A stretch of 64,000 nt of DNA from Lama guanicoe (taxonomy: Eukaryota): positions 3,458,084 through 3,522,083 of the forward strand of contig MU056050.1 in assembly GCA_013239625.1 (NCBI GenBank), given 5' to 3'. The stretch's first letter is position 1, and the number at the start of each line of letters is the position of its first letter. Positions 26,340 through 38,890 of this stretch are shown here, one piece after another. The position numbers and the translations under genes were made by a program. The notes beneath the pieces are model-generated. The model made no database searches. It was not told where the DNA came from and was given only the letters and a program-made list of their open reading frames with translations.

Positions 26340-26730
26340 ATTGGAACCAAAGGGTGATGGTTTATGGAATGATAGCAATCTTGCCCAGTCCTGTTCATCA
26401 TTTCTAATCAATAAATTGAATACAGATGTAGATGGCATGCTCATGACATCAGAGAATAGCACAGATCTCAGACTGCTGATGAATGTACCAGGATGACATA
26501 GCTGGGATCCAAAAAGGCAAGCTGGAGAGGTGGGCTGGTTCCAGTAAGATGAAATGTAGAAAAGAAGACCAACACTTGAATCCAAAAGGCCAAGCACAGC
26601 AAAACATGAAGAAGATATGACTAAACAGCAAGTTGTATTAGAGAATAAGACTCAAGGAATCTAAGGTCAGCTTGATATGAGTTAAAAAAGTCAGTGCAAT
26701 TTTAAGTTGCTTTAAACAGTATATGCATTA
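26340..26730 (+). mobile_element. L3/CR1 reverse-transcriptase remnant; 3' tail piece at about 27040-27100
   Basis: cccagtcctgttcatcatttctaatcaataaattgaat...gatggcatgctcatg...gggatccaaaaag...gctggagaggtgggctg...taagatgaaatgta, a decayed match to CR1 PVLFNIFINDLD...IQKDLDRLERWA...KMKFN. Confidence 0.75.
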
Positions 26731-26739
26731 CCTAGAAAA

Positions 26740-26985
26740 AACACACTGAAGCATTTTCTGTGGAATGGGATATTAAAATGTTATATGGAAGAAAGAGGTT
26801 TCATGACAAAATCAATTGGGGAAAACTCCAGGTTAATTTAAACAAGTCTATTTTCGGTAGGAATACTCAGAGCCTTAAATGGCGACTACTGCTTCTCAAA
26901 CTTATTTGACCATGGGGCACTTCTTTTTGTAAAGTACCTCATGAGACTGGCATTAGAGAGAATGCCCCTGAGGAAACACTGACTA
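26740..26985. mobile_element. MER103-type hAT element inserted in the L3
   Basis: aaatcaattggggaaaactccaggtt...ctcagagccttaaat...ttctcaaacttatttgaccatgg...gaggaaacactg. Confidence 0.65.
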
Positions 26986-29900
26986 AGGGCTATCTCAGGA
27001 GGCAATGAGACTGTTTTTTAAAAACAGAAGATATCCAAACATCAGATGAATATTGGCCTAAATGATCATGAGGTTTCCTCCTGCCCTGGAAATCTGTGAT
27101 ACTTGATTAACTAGGCCTAATAAATAGCCAGAATTCCCTGTGACACCTGGAGCAGAGTATCTGGTGAGGACAATTTTTCTAGAGAACGACCACGGTGGCA
27201 GAGTGATAGGAAAAACAGTTCCTCCAACAAGCACATTTCAAAAGGGCTATCTTTTCAACTATTTTAATGGTGAAATATTAGGAGAAGGATTATTAAGATT
27301 GGTGAAAACATGTTAGAGATAGCAGTGTGAAAACAAGAGTCTGGTAAGACGCAGAGAAGCTAGTCAAAGACTGGCACCTTGTTTTGTGTACTCAGCCACC
27401 ATAGAACAGCGCAGCCCTGCACTCCAGGGCTGTCCTGCCTCCACAGTCACCAACCACCACCTCCCAACCCTCTTGATAGAAAGCTGGCTCCCCATCTGGA
27501 CTTACCTACTGCCTGGGTTTCTGGTAAGAACAAGTTGAGGTGAGAGAGAGGATATTTTCTGTTCTTCCTTTACCCCTTTCAGGATAATATAAACTAGCTC
27601 ATACTCCAGAGTAGTTTGCTGACCTATCCCACAACCAGTCAGGAAGTTATACTTTGAAACAGACAAGTGGATTCATTAACTATGTTGTGTCTACCAGTTT
27701 TGACTAGATCTAAACGTTTTTTCTCAACTAGGGTCTCAACTGGGGTGTACATGTGTGTGCATGTGTGTGGAAATAATCACAAAGCCTCATTTCTACAAAT
27801 TCAAGCAATGTTGTAAAGCAACATTAAGCACTTTTTTATAAATCTCACTTAAGGTGCAAGGAGCTGTTACCAAAAATTCCAAATAACCTTCTCACAACCC
27901 CAAAGCCTCACTGATTTTTAATTTGTTCAATTTAATTTACTAAATGTGTTAAAATTGAAGTCTGTGACACAAACATAGTACAGTATTTCTTATTTGGATC
28001 CTGAGGTAATGTGAATTTCCAGGAAAAATGCTTAGAAATGTAAATCACATGATTGCACAGACCATTACAGAAAAGTCTGCCAGTGTTTTCTTAAAGGACT
28101 ACCAGTCAAGCAATTTAAAGTTCCAAAAAAGTCACTAATTCAGCAAATATGTTGCTCTTTACACTGTTACTAAGTATTAAAGTTGTGAAAACGCATCAGA
28201 CTTACTGATAAATATTGTCACCAATTTGGCCTCATTCTGCTAAAAATCTGATATTTAAAATTTTGATTTGACTAACTTCAAATTTTAAACTTAAGAAACT
28301 GTCTTGCTATGTTCACAAAAAAAATCATAGGGTATATTTAGCATAATACCTTGAATAGTGTAGTCATACCTAAATATTTGTTGAGTGACGGAATAAATGA
28401 GTCAATGGATAAGCTTCAATGTTGAAATTTACTTTTAAATAGCACTGGCAGACAAACTGATGGATTGATTGTTATTGTATATGGCATTTATATAAGAACA
28501 AAATAAGTGAATATTGGCTTAAATTGCAGCAAAAAATGGCCTTATTTCTTTTCAAGTTCATGAGTAGGTATTAGCAAGCATATAGACAGCATCAAGGAAA
28601 TGAAAAACATATCATCAAAGCAAAAAGGAGCATCTTCATTTCTATATCTGTAAAACAGGGCATGGACAATTTTTGCTTAGCAAGCTGAAGCCAAAGCTTT
28701 GTTTTACAGCTCTGTGGATCAGAGACTGTGATTAGACACTATCTTTTGCCCAGGAAAACAAGCTAATGAAATTTACCATCCAATTCATGTACAGAGAAAC
28801 AGCAATTGCTGATTAGGGACTAAAAACTAGTTGCAACAACATTTTAATTACATTTCAATGCAAGACTATAAATTAATTTATCCAAATGAAATACTGTACT
28901 ATATTGGTTTACAAAATGGCTAATTAGCCCATTCAGAACTTGAAGGAGACCAGAGGACTTCCTATTTAATATATAAAGAAAATAATGAATAAGCAACCAC
29001 CAGCAAATTATTTCAAGGACATAAACATTTATTTCAGGCCAGAATCAATATTAGAATAGATCTTACTTCAGCCTCAGTCCTTCCTAAGTCACTGCTTAGC
29101 AACAGAAGGCTCAGTATTTAATAAGTGTTAAGAAGCACTTCTGATACTTGCTTCATCTTTTTAGCTGCATAAAGACCAAAGGGTTTAGAAAAGAGTGAAA
29201 AAGGTTTTTGTTTTTTACGTCTGTCTATTTGTTTTTATTGTCCATCCCATTCAGTCCCATAAGCTCTATTGAGCAGAACTCAGATGGCAGCATTAATCTA
29301 CCCATGCCGTTGCCTTTAGAGAAATGCTTTTGTCAGAGTATAAGCTCGTTTAGGCTACACACAGATTCTACGGCAATTACCTTTTTTAAATATATTGAAA
29401 CCATTCTATAAATAGTGGCATTATTTCTCTTCTATTTTTTTACAGTAAATATATGGGTGCACGTCTTTCAAGAAATCACAGTTATCAGAGAATGAATCTT
29501 GTAATGTGAGGCTCTGACAAAGGAACTGGGGTGTCACCACATCAAAGGCAGTTCTGCCTTCTCCAGTACATCTGGCACGACACCTCAGAGACCAAGTGGC
29601 CAAAGAAAGCAGCTTCCAGTGAATCTGAATGCTATATCAGTTCATCTCGTCTTTTTAGGATGCATTCTGTGTATCTAGAAACCAGAGGTGACAATAGTGT
29701 CTAACCATACCAGAAACTTTTTAAAGGTTAATGAATTCTGGCATAAAATAATGTCAGAGCCATAAACAACTCATAAATACAAAATCTAGGAAAACCACGG
29801 AAACACTCATCACACTTTTGAGAATGGTGGAACCCTGGATGATAAAACCACCATGGCCTTCAAAATCATTCTTTTAATTAACTTGGTGGAGTATTATACT

Positions 29901-30663
29901 ATATATCAATATTTATGATATCAGCTAATGATAGTTCAGGGATGCAGAATGCAGTCTGCTTCAGTTTAGTTGTGCACTGCCTTGGTAATTACTTGTAGAT
30001 TGAAAATGGGATTCAGTTCAACTTAGGTAACAACAAAATCAGTTTCCAATTTGGCAAGGTAGACGTCTAATTAGCAGTCTTCTTCCCCTTTGTCATAAAC
30101 CTATCAACACATTCAGGTCGGTATGTAGAACAAGTTTGGAGAGAACTGGAATTATGTGTGTTATTTATCTGCACAATTTACAGGTAGAACAAATTTATAA
30201 AGAGTCTCAAAAATTAGGGGGAAACTGTATCTACATCCAAATTACTCAAAATTAAGCTTCCAAGGGGCCAAGGAGAAATGGGTTTACCTCATATGGTGAA
30301 TTTGACAAGTTGAGAGAAAGAACAGAGTCCCAAGAATCAAGTACCATACGGCAGAACTGGTAGGCAGAACTGGTAGAGCGAGGCAGAGCCACCAATGGTT
30401 AATGAATAACACAAAAGTAAACTGAAAGAAGCTTAGCTTATGACTTAAAGCCACAGAAGCAAGGAAAGCTGCAGTTAAGGATCCAGTATCTAGTCATAAT
30501 GTATTTCTAGTCTTAACATTTCACAACAATACCACTGGGTGCCTTAACCCAATTTGATCAATCTGTGAGACTGAGAATTTAACTACACCAAAATACACAG
30601 TACTTACAAATGAAAATATATGTGTTCTGGTGAGCACTCAGCACAGCTGCAACGTTTGGTTGT

Positions 30664-30707
30664 GTTTTTGTTTTTGTTTTTGTTTTTGTTTTTGTTTTTG
30701 TTTTTTT
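30664..30707 (+). repeat. (GTTTTT)n microsatellite, about 7 copies
   Basis: gtttttgtttttgtttttgtttttgtttttgtttttgttttttt seen directly. Confidence 0.95.
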
Positions 30708-30869
30708 ACTCTTGCTTTTGCTCTTAAATGTCTAGCACTTAGCATTATACATTGTGAATGAACATGTTTCCTGGGACTAGTTGCTGCCCCTCTTCACCTC
30801 CTCCTCCTATTTTTGTAAAGTACAAATGCTATTTGTGGGGCACTTTTTTCAAAATATGGTAATATCAAT

Positions 30870-31180
30870 TCAACTCCTTTCATCTTTAAACCAACATTAT
30901 TATTTTAATGTGACTCATAGATAAGGAAATTAAGACAAGATTGACTTATTTGTCCAAAATGGTCCCACATAGCTAATTGGTGGCAGAGTCAACATGAGAA
31001 TTCACTATACACACTACATAAGACTGTCACTATTTGATCTGGAACAAATCCTTTAATATAGCAGAACCTCAGTTCCCTATCTTTAAATATAGATAATAAT
31101 ACCTAATTTAGAGTCTTATTGTGAAAATTTGATAAGCTTATGTATATCTGGCACAGAACACTCACTAAATATTATTTCTC
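30870..31180. mobile_element. Two adjacent MIR fragments in opposite orientation
   Basis: gataaggaaattaagacaag...cacatagctaattggtggcagag (minus), then cctcagttccctatctttaaatatagataataatacc (plus). Confidence 0.65.
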
Positions 31181-31189
31181 TTCCTAAGA

Positions 31190-31410
31190 TCAAATATGTT
31201 TGCTAAATGCCAAGTTAAACAAATTAAACAGATCTTTTTACTGCAAGACTCCTTGGAGCCTTTAATATGCTATGTGATGCTCCAAGAGGCAAATAGAGTA
31301 TGTAACATTTCACCTAACAACCAAACAACCATTTTATTCAAGAAGCATCTATTCCTATCTCATGGAATACTAATACTCCATAGGACACACTTTAAGAACT
31401 TTGCTGCAGA
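31190..31410. mobile_element. MER103-type hAT element
   Basis: gttaaacaaattaaacagatctttttactgcaagactccttggagcctttaatatgct...ccataggacacactttaagaac. Confidence 0.7.
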
Positions 31411-33849
31411 CCATAAAATATTTGAGGAAATCTGTGAAATGAGTCATTTAGACATATAATTAATAAATTACTCATCTAAATAGTCTGATCTGAACACCTA
31501 GGGACCATTTTTGAGGTCACCTAAAACATCTAATATAGGAAACAACAATCACTTGGAAATGGAGTCCCAAACTTGCTCAGAAAAACACTTGAATCAATTT
31601 TATTGCAGATCTATGTTGTTTTTTTTTTCCCTTTGGGGAAAAAAAAATGCAGGCAGCTTTTCAAGAGAAGAAAGGTTCTTAGTAATTCTGCCTATTTTCC
31701 CCCAATGTGCTACATCACCTTTTCTGTGGTTTGTTACTATATGGGTCAAATCTTCAGGACAGTAAAGAGAAAGGGAGAAAGCAGGGCAGGGTTTTCATTT
31801 TTCCTCTATCACTCTTCAGAAACTAGAATCCTTTGTGTCACAATGGATGAACTCTGCCCATCGAATGGGGCACTGACCATTAAAATTCTGCTCCAGTATG
31901 TGGGAGCTGTGGCCCACATATGTGTCATCAATTCAACAACAGTTATTAAATGCCCAATTTAGTGTTAAGCAGTTCCGGTTGTAAGAAAATAGATTTGAGC
32001 AACTTAGAATCCTGCAGGTGAGACAAGACTTACATCCAAAGGGAGAAGTGCAGGGAAAGTCTAATACCAAGGAGTACCCAATGAAGAGCTAGATCCTGAG
32101 GCGCAAACTGTAACTGTCATATGAACCCAGAGAAAAAGGAAAGATCACTGAGCATCATGGGCTGAGTTGGCACTTGAGCTGGACCTTGAAGGATGGTAAG
32201 GGGTTGCCACAGAGCTTCTGTAAGCAAAGCCAGTTCCATCACCCCCTAATGTGCACCAACTGTCAAGGGAGTGTTGGGGCCACAATTCCTTTTCAGGAAC
32301 AGCAGAGGAAATGCAGAGATTTTTTGCTTCTTTACCTCTCCGCCTCTCTGCAATGGATGGATGGATCAGCTAAGGATCCTCAAACCAGTAGCCCTTTCCT
32401 CTGGGTCACAGTGATGATTTGGCTGCTTGCTTGTCCAATAAAGAAACAGAGAAAAACACCAAGCATAACAACAATTTAAGGGTTAGAGCTGCATAAGAAC
32501 AGTTTTGCGATAAGAGAATCTACATGGGCTTGTGTGGAAAGACAAGTGCTATTTTCTGCTTGAGACTGTGACTGGTAGAGAATCACTCAACCCTATGATT
32601 GTATTATTTATACAGAACTCACTAGGGCACCATCTGGTGCTAAGCTAACCGCAAAAACAGGAAAATCAAACCCAAAGCCAATTGTCTTCATTGGAGTTTT
32701 CGCTAATGACCTGTTCCTCGCCAATATTCCAACTGATCACATTCTAGTTTGAAACAGGAAAAGACATTTAATGCTTTAAAAGGAAGTCTTAAAGGGAATT
32801 TAGTTAGACATACCCTTGAAAAGATTCTGTACCTATCTAGATCTTCTCAGTTGAGAGGGCACTGCCCCTATTTCGGGTCTTATTACATCTTATTAAGTTG
32901 TCAGATCAAGTTCATAATGTCCCATCTCAGTACCCAGTCACCGAGAGAGAAGGGTGAGAGGTGATCTTGCAAGATTATGCCCTGGAGATGGAAACTTAAG
33001 CCAAAATAGTAAGGAAATTTCTGCTGAAATGTAAGAAGCAAACTAACAAATGCCATCATGAAAATAATTCTAATCTGAAATGATTTTTAAATCCCACATT
33101 TTAACTCTCAGTAAATTATTCTCATTGAGGTAGTAGGCTTGACATTGCACATGTATTTTCCTATGTAATCAAAAATTTTTAAACTATATTGCAAAAGGTA
33201 AGTGTGTGCGTGAAATTTATATACTCTTAATTTTAAAAAAATCCAATTATAAAGATTTTCCTTTTTAGTTCTTATCAGCTTTTCTTAGATTCTCCCAGCT
33301 CTAGTAATTTTCTTTTTGACATAAATGTTGTAAAATGGTACCCTATGTTAATTTGGTTTCAAAATTATAAATTCATCGTGAAAACTGTGAACATTTCTAG
33401 TCCCATTTTGTTCTCATTTGGAGCTAACACTGCAGGTCTTAATGATACCTGAGTACATAATCAAGTGCCTTGGTTCCCATGCTGGCTGTTTGGAGTCCCC
33501 TTTGGCCCACAATGTGATTGTTCACATTTTTAGGGCTCTGTCTTCATTATAAACCTTTAGATTTTTGACAAGCCCAGGAAAAAGCTAATTCAATAGCCAA
33601 AAACTGTCATATTAAGAGGGAATTCCTTCCTAAATCTGACAGCAAAATGAAGTATCATATAGAATGAAAGTTTCCATAAAGTATCTTTCCAGAACTCAAC
33701 CATCTAATTTCCAGATTTAGAGAGGTCAATCTTGCTGCGTAACGTAAAATTAAGACTTAACTTCACAGTCAGAAGCTTGGTTATGATGCACATTTAAAAA
33801 TACAAATAAACCAGCAATTTTAATTAAGGCAGTTCATTTGTGTCACCAC

Positions 33850-34100
33850 AAGGGCTGTAGTACAAAGAGAAGGTAGGCTGTGGAGTCATCTGGGTTTGAA
33901 TCGTGAATCTGCCACTTATCAGCTTTGTCCCTTGAGCAAGTTAATTAACCTCTTTAAGGATCAGTGGCACCCTTTCATCTGTAAAAAGGGCTTTATATTT
34001 CCTCCCACTGTTTTTTGTGGAAAGTGGGTGGGATAATATTCAGAAAACCCTTGCCACAATTCCTGGCACACTGTAGGAGATCTGTAAATCTGAGTTCAAT
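33850..34100 (+). mobile_element. MIR
   Basis: tggagtcatctgggtttgaatcgtgaatctgccacttatcagctttgtcccttgagcaagttaattaacctct. Confidence 0.85.
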
Positions 34101-35619
34101 TGCTCTTTCCCGGTTACTTCCAAAACTTTTCCTTAAGATCATGTAGCACATGTAGCACATCACTGATTACAAAATCTTAGGGAAACTGAGATCTATGTCT
34201 AATCCCATCCCTCCATGTTAAATATTGTCAAATGTCCTTCATAAAATTTCGGACCTCCTTGGATCCCTTCTGTCACTGTATATAGCTGGAGTCTGCTCTT
34301 CATTAGTAAGAGCTTGCTCACCCATTTCAAAGGTCCAACTCCCTCCATCCCCAACCATATCAACCCACTAAAGGAAATAGCCAATTTCCTCACATTAAGA
34401 AAACCTTCCATTAGTAAACAGAGTACTTAGCAAACAGAATAGTCACAAGTGGATGACTTAATCTAGAGCTACTCCAAGGATGAAACAAGTAGAAAAAAAA
34501 TTAAGAACAAAAGGGGAAAATCTTTCTAAAAGTTTTTATTTTAGTTGTCGGAAACCTAAATGGAACTATATTTTGGGAGAATTAATAGCTGCTTTCTAGC
34601 AATCACTATAGACTAACCTTAACTAATTCAATTTCTCTATTTGTAGCAATGGCAAAGAAGCTATCCACAAAAAAAAAAAAATCCACACACAAAAAAATCC
34701 TTTTGGCTCTATTTCCAAGATATTCACCACATTCTTTCATTTCCCTACATTTTATGTAAAGATTGATACTTTCCTGGGGGCATTTTCTATGAACTTTACT
34801 TTCATAATCTTTGACATAGAATAAAACTTACCTTGTAGGGCTGGTTTGATGACTAAATTAGGTTGTATATATGGCAATATTTATGAGCATAGTACAAATA
34901 GAAGAAGTTATTTTTAACAATAAGAAGGCTGTTTGATGCACATAGAATCTGAGAAACGGGAATTAGAGTGTTCTATAGTCAATATTATCCCCACTCTGGT
35001 GGAACCAAAATAATTTTTACCGCACTACAGAGGCTGCTTTTCTAAGGACTCAAAGCCACCACAGAGTTTCTGTCTCTTGGACACAGAAAAATCCCAAAGC
35101 TGTAACACCTTTTTCAAAATTCCTTATGAGACACCACCAGCGTCCCTCATCCTGACATCTGCTCATGAAGCACACGCTGCAGTGACCGATACTGCAGGGG
35201 CTCTGCCGTGACTGCCCTCCAGATGGATGCCTTCCTGGGGACATCGCCCTGCCTGGCGTTCAGACCCGCCCCTGCCCGTGGCTGCACCTTCACTGTCTGT
35301 CGCTGCTGCAAGATAGGGCGCTCATTCCCTCCAGGAAGATTCATGTTGCCTTTCATCTCGGGGGGAGTCATTTTCTGGCCTGATTCCCCAATTCTGGGTG
35401 TGCCCCTCTGCTGAGAACAATGAGTTCCCACTCAGAGCCAGGGCAGGGAGGGGGAGATTGGGGAGGGGCAGTGACAGCACAGGATGGATGGTTCTAGACC
35501 ACTGTAGATCAAGCAGTTCTCTGGGACAGTGAAAACCAGGCATCGTTCACTTTAGAAAGAAGCAAGGTGAGGGGAAATGAGGAAGCCTAAAGGCAAATCT
35601 CAGAAGCCAGGCTGGTAAA

Positions 35620-36215
35620 CCCAAAAGGGACTCTCCACTGTCCTTGGAATCAAATCCAAGCTGCGTTATCAGGGCCCATGAGGCCCGGAGTGCCCCAGAC
35701 TCCACCTGCTTCTCCAACTTCACGTCATATACTCACCCCCTCTCCGCCACCAGCTCCGTCCACACTGACCTCCTTTATGTTCCTTCAACCTGCCAACGCA
35801 TTCCCACCTGGAGTCTGTGAGCCTGTGTTCCTCCTGCCCGGGACCCTCCTCTCCTCTCTCCTTGCTTGGCCGAGGCCTTCCCACCACTCAGGGGTCAGCC
35901 CAATGCCAGCTCCTCAAGGAGGCCTTCTCTATGACAATTTAGTTAATGTTCCCCAGCTCTCCAATACTACCACCACCACCAAATCAATCTATCCCATCAC
36001 CCTATTTTATTGTTTATATGACACTAACCCGAAATTATCTCGCTGACTTATGTATTCGTTTGTCTATTATCTATTTGTCCTATTACAGAATGTACAGTCC
36101 GGTTCCTTGCCAGTTGTCCTCACCACTACAGCTTCAATATTACGACTACAGTACCTGCCACACAGCAGGGCTTCAATATATAACTGTTAAATTTTGAATA
36201 AATTAATGAATATTT
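35620..36215 (+). mobile_element. L2 (L2a-like) 3' end
   Basis: aatcaaatccaagct...ccacactgacctcctttatgttccttcaac...agtacctgccacacagcagggcttcaatatat...gaataaattaatgaat. Confidence 0.8.
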
Positions 36216-36335
36216 AGAGACATGAGAAATGGCAATTAGTAAAGCTATTTGGGATATTTAGACAGAAAACTACCTTTACTATGATGCAAAATACCACTGA
36301 GGGTAGGAAGATCTCATTTGTGAACTGTGTTCTAA

Positions 36336-36699
36336 GATATCACCAAACATGATGGAATAGGAATATGGTCCATTTATGGAGATAAATTTGAAGATGAAAA
36401 TTTTGATATGAAACATATCAGTCCTGGCTTACTATCAATGGCCAGTCGAGGCTGAGATAACAATAATTCTCGATTTTTCATAACTGAAAAAAGAAGAACA
36501 TTTGGACTTTAAGCATGTAGTATTTGAGTTTGTTAAGGATGGCATGGATAGTGTGAAAAAGACTGAATCATTTGGTTCTCCTAAAGGGTCTGTTAGTTGA
36601 AGAATTATTATCACAGAATGTGGACAGATATAAAATCATTATTTTTCATCGTGAATTTTACCTGATAAACTGTTGAATTGAAGCTTAAAAAAAATAAAA
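36336..36699 (+). pseudogene. RANBP2: Decayed, 5'-truncated copy of the RANBP2 (Nup358) C-terminal cyclophilin domain plus short 3' UTR and A tail; probable processed pseudogene fragment
   Basis: Translation [49 protein letters not shown] / [48 protein letters not shown] matches the RANBP2 C-terminus ([23 protein letters not shown]...ITECGQI), not PPIA. Premature stops at 36453 and 36598, a frameshift near 36484, native stop at 36631-36633, and an A8TA4 tail at 36687-36699. Confidence 0.92.
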
Positions 36700-37719
36700 T
36701 GGGTGGTAGGGACAGGAAGAAGGAGAAGGGGCACAGAAATGCCAATTTCTAGCCAATAGCCAATAGCTATCATTCTGTTTGCCATAATTCTACTGCTACT
36801 TTAGACAGAATGATAGTCAGAAAACTAGCTTGGGCATCAGTGCAACTACAAGATTTACAAATGGGCTCCGCATCAGTTAATTCTCTATTTCTAAATGTTA
36901 CTGTTGTAGGTTGGGTCATGGTCCTACATTTAGTTAATCTGAGGTTAAAGATTTGCATGGCTGGATGTACTAATTCAGAGTAATCAAGTATTGATTTTGT
37001 CTTTTAGCAACAATGACATAACAATAGTTGGCTTTTATTCAGTGCCCTGTGTCTTCCCAGATCCCAGAATAACCAGTGAATAGTTCTCTTAAATGGTTAC
37101 ATTTTGATGCATAATTGAAATATTACTCTTAAAAAATATATATTATTCTTAAATTTTAAAATGAGTAAAAACTCAGTTTTTTCATTTACTACAATCAGAA
37201 AGTTTTCTTCAGGATGTGAAAGCTCATATTGAAGACTTCTCTCTGCCTCCATTACATTCTATCGAACACCAAGCCTAAGAAAATTTACTTAATAAAACAT
37301 AAAATTTATACTTTTGGAAATGACTATATTTGCACCTTTAAATGAGGGAAATAGCCCAACCCTCGGTAGGACTGCAGCAGTAGACACCTACTCCGAGCCT
37401 CTGCTGCTCCTGATATGCAGCTCTCACCCAAGGCCCCTCATTTGTGGTTGCTCAGAGTCCCATGTTCCAGGACAATCCAATATAACATATTCACACTATG
37501 CACAAAGCTCTCTGCTAAATGCACGTTGAACTTAATCAGAAAAGCCTCTGTCCTCAAGTAGCTGATAATCCAATAGATATGGGAGACTTAAAAAGAAAAA
37601 AAGAAGCTCTATATAACACTAGAAAGCTTATGGTATTTAGCAAGGAAAATCTTAACAATTTTCAACGGAGGGAGCATTCTATCCTTGATGCTCCACTCTT
37701 CTACCTTTACGCATTCTAC

Positions 37720-38890
37720 CCGAGTAATTTTATCCATTATTAAACTCCTATTATTGCCAATATGCTGATGGTTCCAGATCTGTATGTCTAGTCCAGACCT
37801 CTCCACCTGTATTTATAAATCTCGAGTGACTAGCTTCAATCCCCTGGAAGATCCTGAAGTTTATGAAACATCCAAATCCAAATTCGTTAATGCCTCCCAC
37901 CACTCTTCTCCCTCCTAAATTTTCCATCTCTGCAAATGGGCTTACCATATCCCCAAAAGCATATCTCCAGCTAGAATCATCCTCTATGCCTCACTTTAAC
38001 TTTATTTTATCCCTCAACACCAAGCCAGCTACCAAGCCACATTAACACTGTCTTTCTACCTCAGAGGATGCCTCAGAGGATGCTACTCTGTCTGCTTTAC
38101 ATCCACATTGCTACCGTAACTGCCTCATTCATTCATGCTCATGGACTTTGTGGTCGTACAGACCTAAGTTTGAGTCTTGGCTCTGCCTTTTCCAGTTGGT
38201 GACCTTGGGCAACTGCTTACTCTCTGCCTCAGTTTCCTCAACTATAAAATGAGGATAATAATATTCTTTATACCTCATGTGGTTGATAGAAATCTTTGGA
38301 AAACGCAGTACATATACAGCATTTTACACAGTGCCTAACACATAGTAGGTGTTTAGTAAATTACAATTGCCATTACTATTGTAATATAACCCACAAACTG
38401 GCTCCTATCTACCTTCAGAGCCTCATTTCTCATTATTTTCCACTCCCTCATCACCCTAATGCTATACTGAAGCTTCATTAGACTTTGTGTGATTCCCTGA
38501 CACATCAAACCCTTTCATATCCTATATCCTTTTGCATCTTCTGTTCCCTCTGTCTCAAATGTCCTTCCTGTCTTACCATTACTCAGTACTCTTATTCACC
38601 TTAAAATTTTACATACCTCAGGTTCATATTCAAATGTTACCTTCTTAGTGAGTGATAACCTACATCCATTTGCCACACTTTCCTTTGTGTTTCTACAGAA
38701 CACACACGTGAACACATACACACACATACATGCAGAAGGGTAAGTACCATATTCTATCACAATTTTAAAAAGTTATTTGTTTTCATGTCTGTCTCCTCCT
38801 GTTTCTGATGAACTCATTGAGGAGATGGTCACTTTGGTCCTCATTCCTAAGGTAATATCTTACACAGAGTTGATGCTCAGTAATCGGTCT
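37720..38890 (+). mobile_element. L2 fragment interrupted by a MIR (about 38135-38380)
   Basis: tatgctgatggttccagatctgtatgtctagtccagacctctc...tttccatctctgcaaatgg; MIR core gaccttgggcaactgcttactctctgcctcagtttcctcaactataaaatgagg; L2 resumes at about 38385. Confidence 0.75.

Noticed and set aside
30350..30376. Short tandem duplications (ggcagaactggta x2; also cctcagaggatg at about 38059-38083 and atgtagcac at 34141-34158)
   Set aside because: Ordinary slippage-type micro-duplications. No array structure and not CRISPR-like.
35147..35431. 94-aa ORF and overlapping ORFs in the GC-rich patch
   Set aside because: Explained by stop-codon scarcity in GC-rich DNA; no homology recognised.
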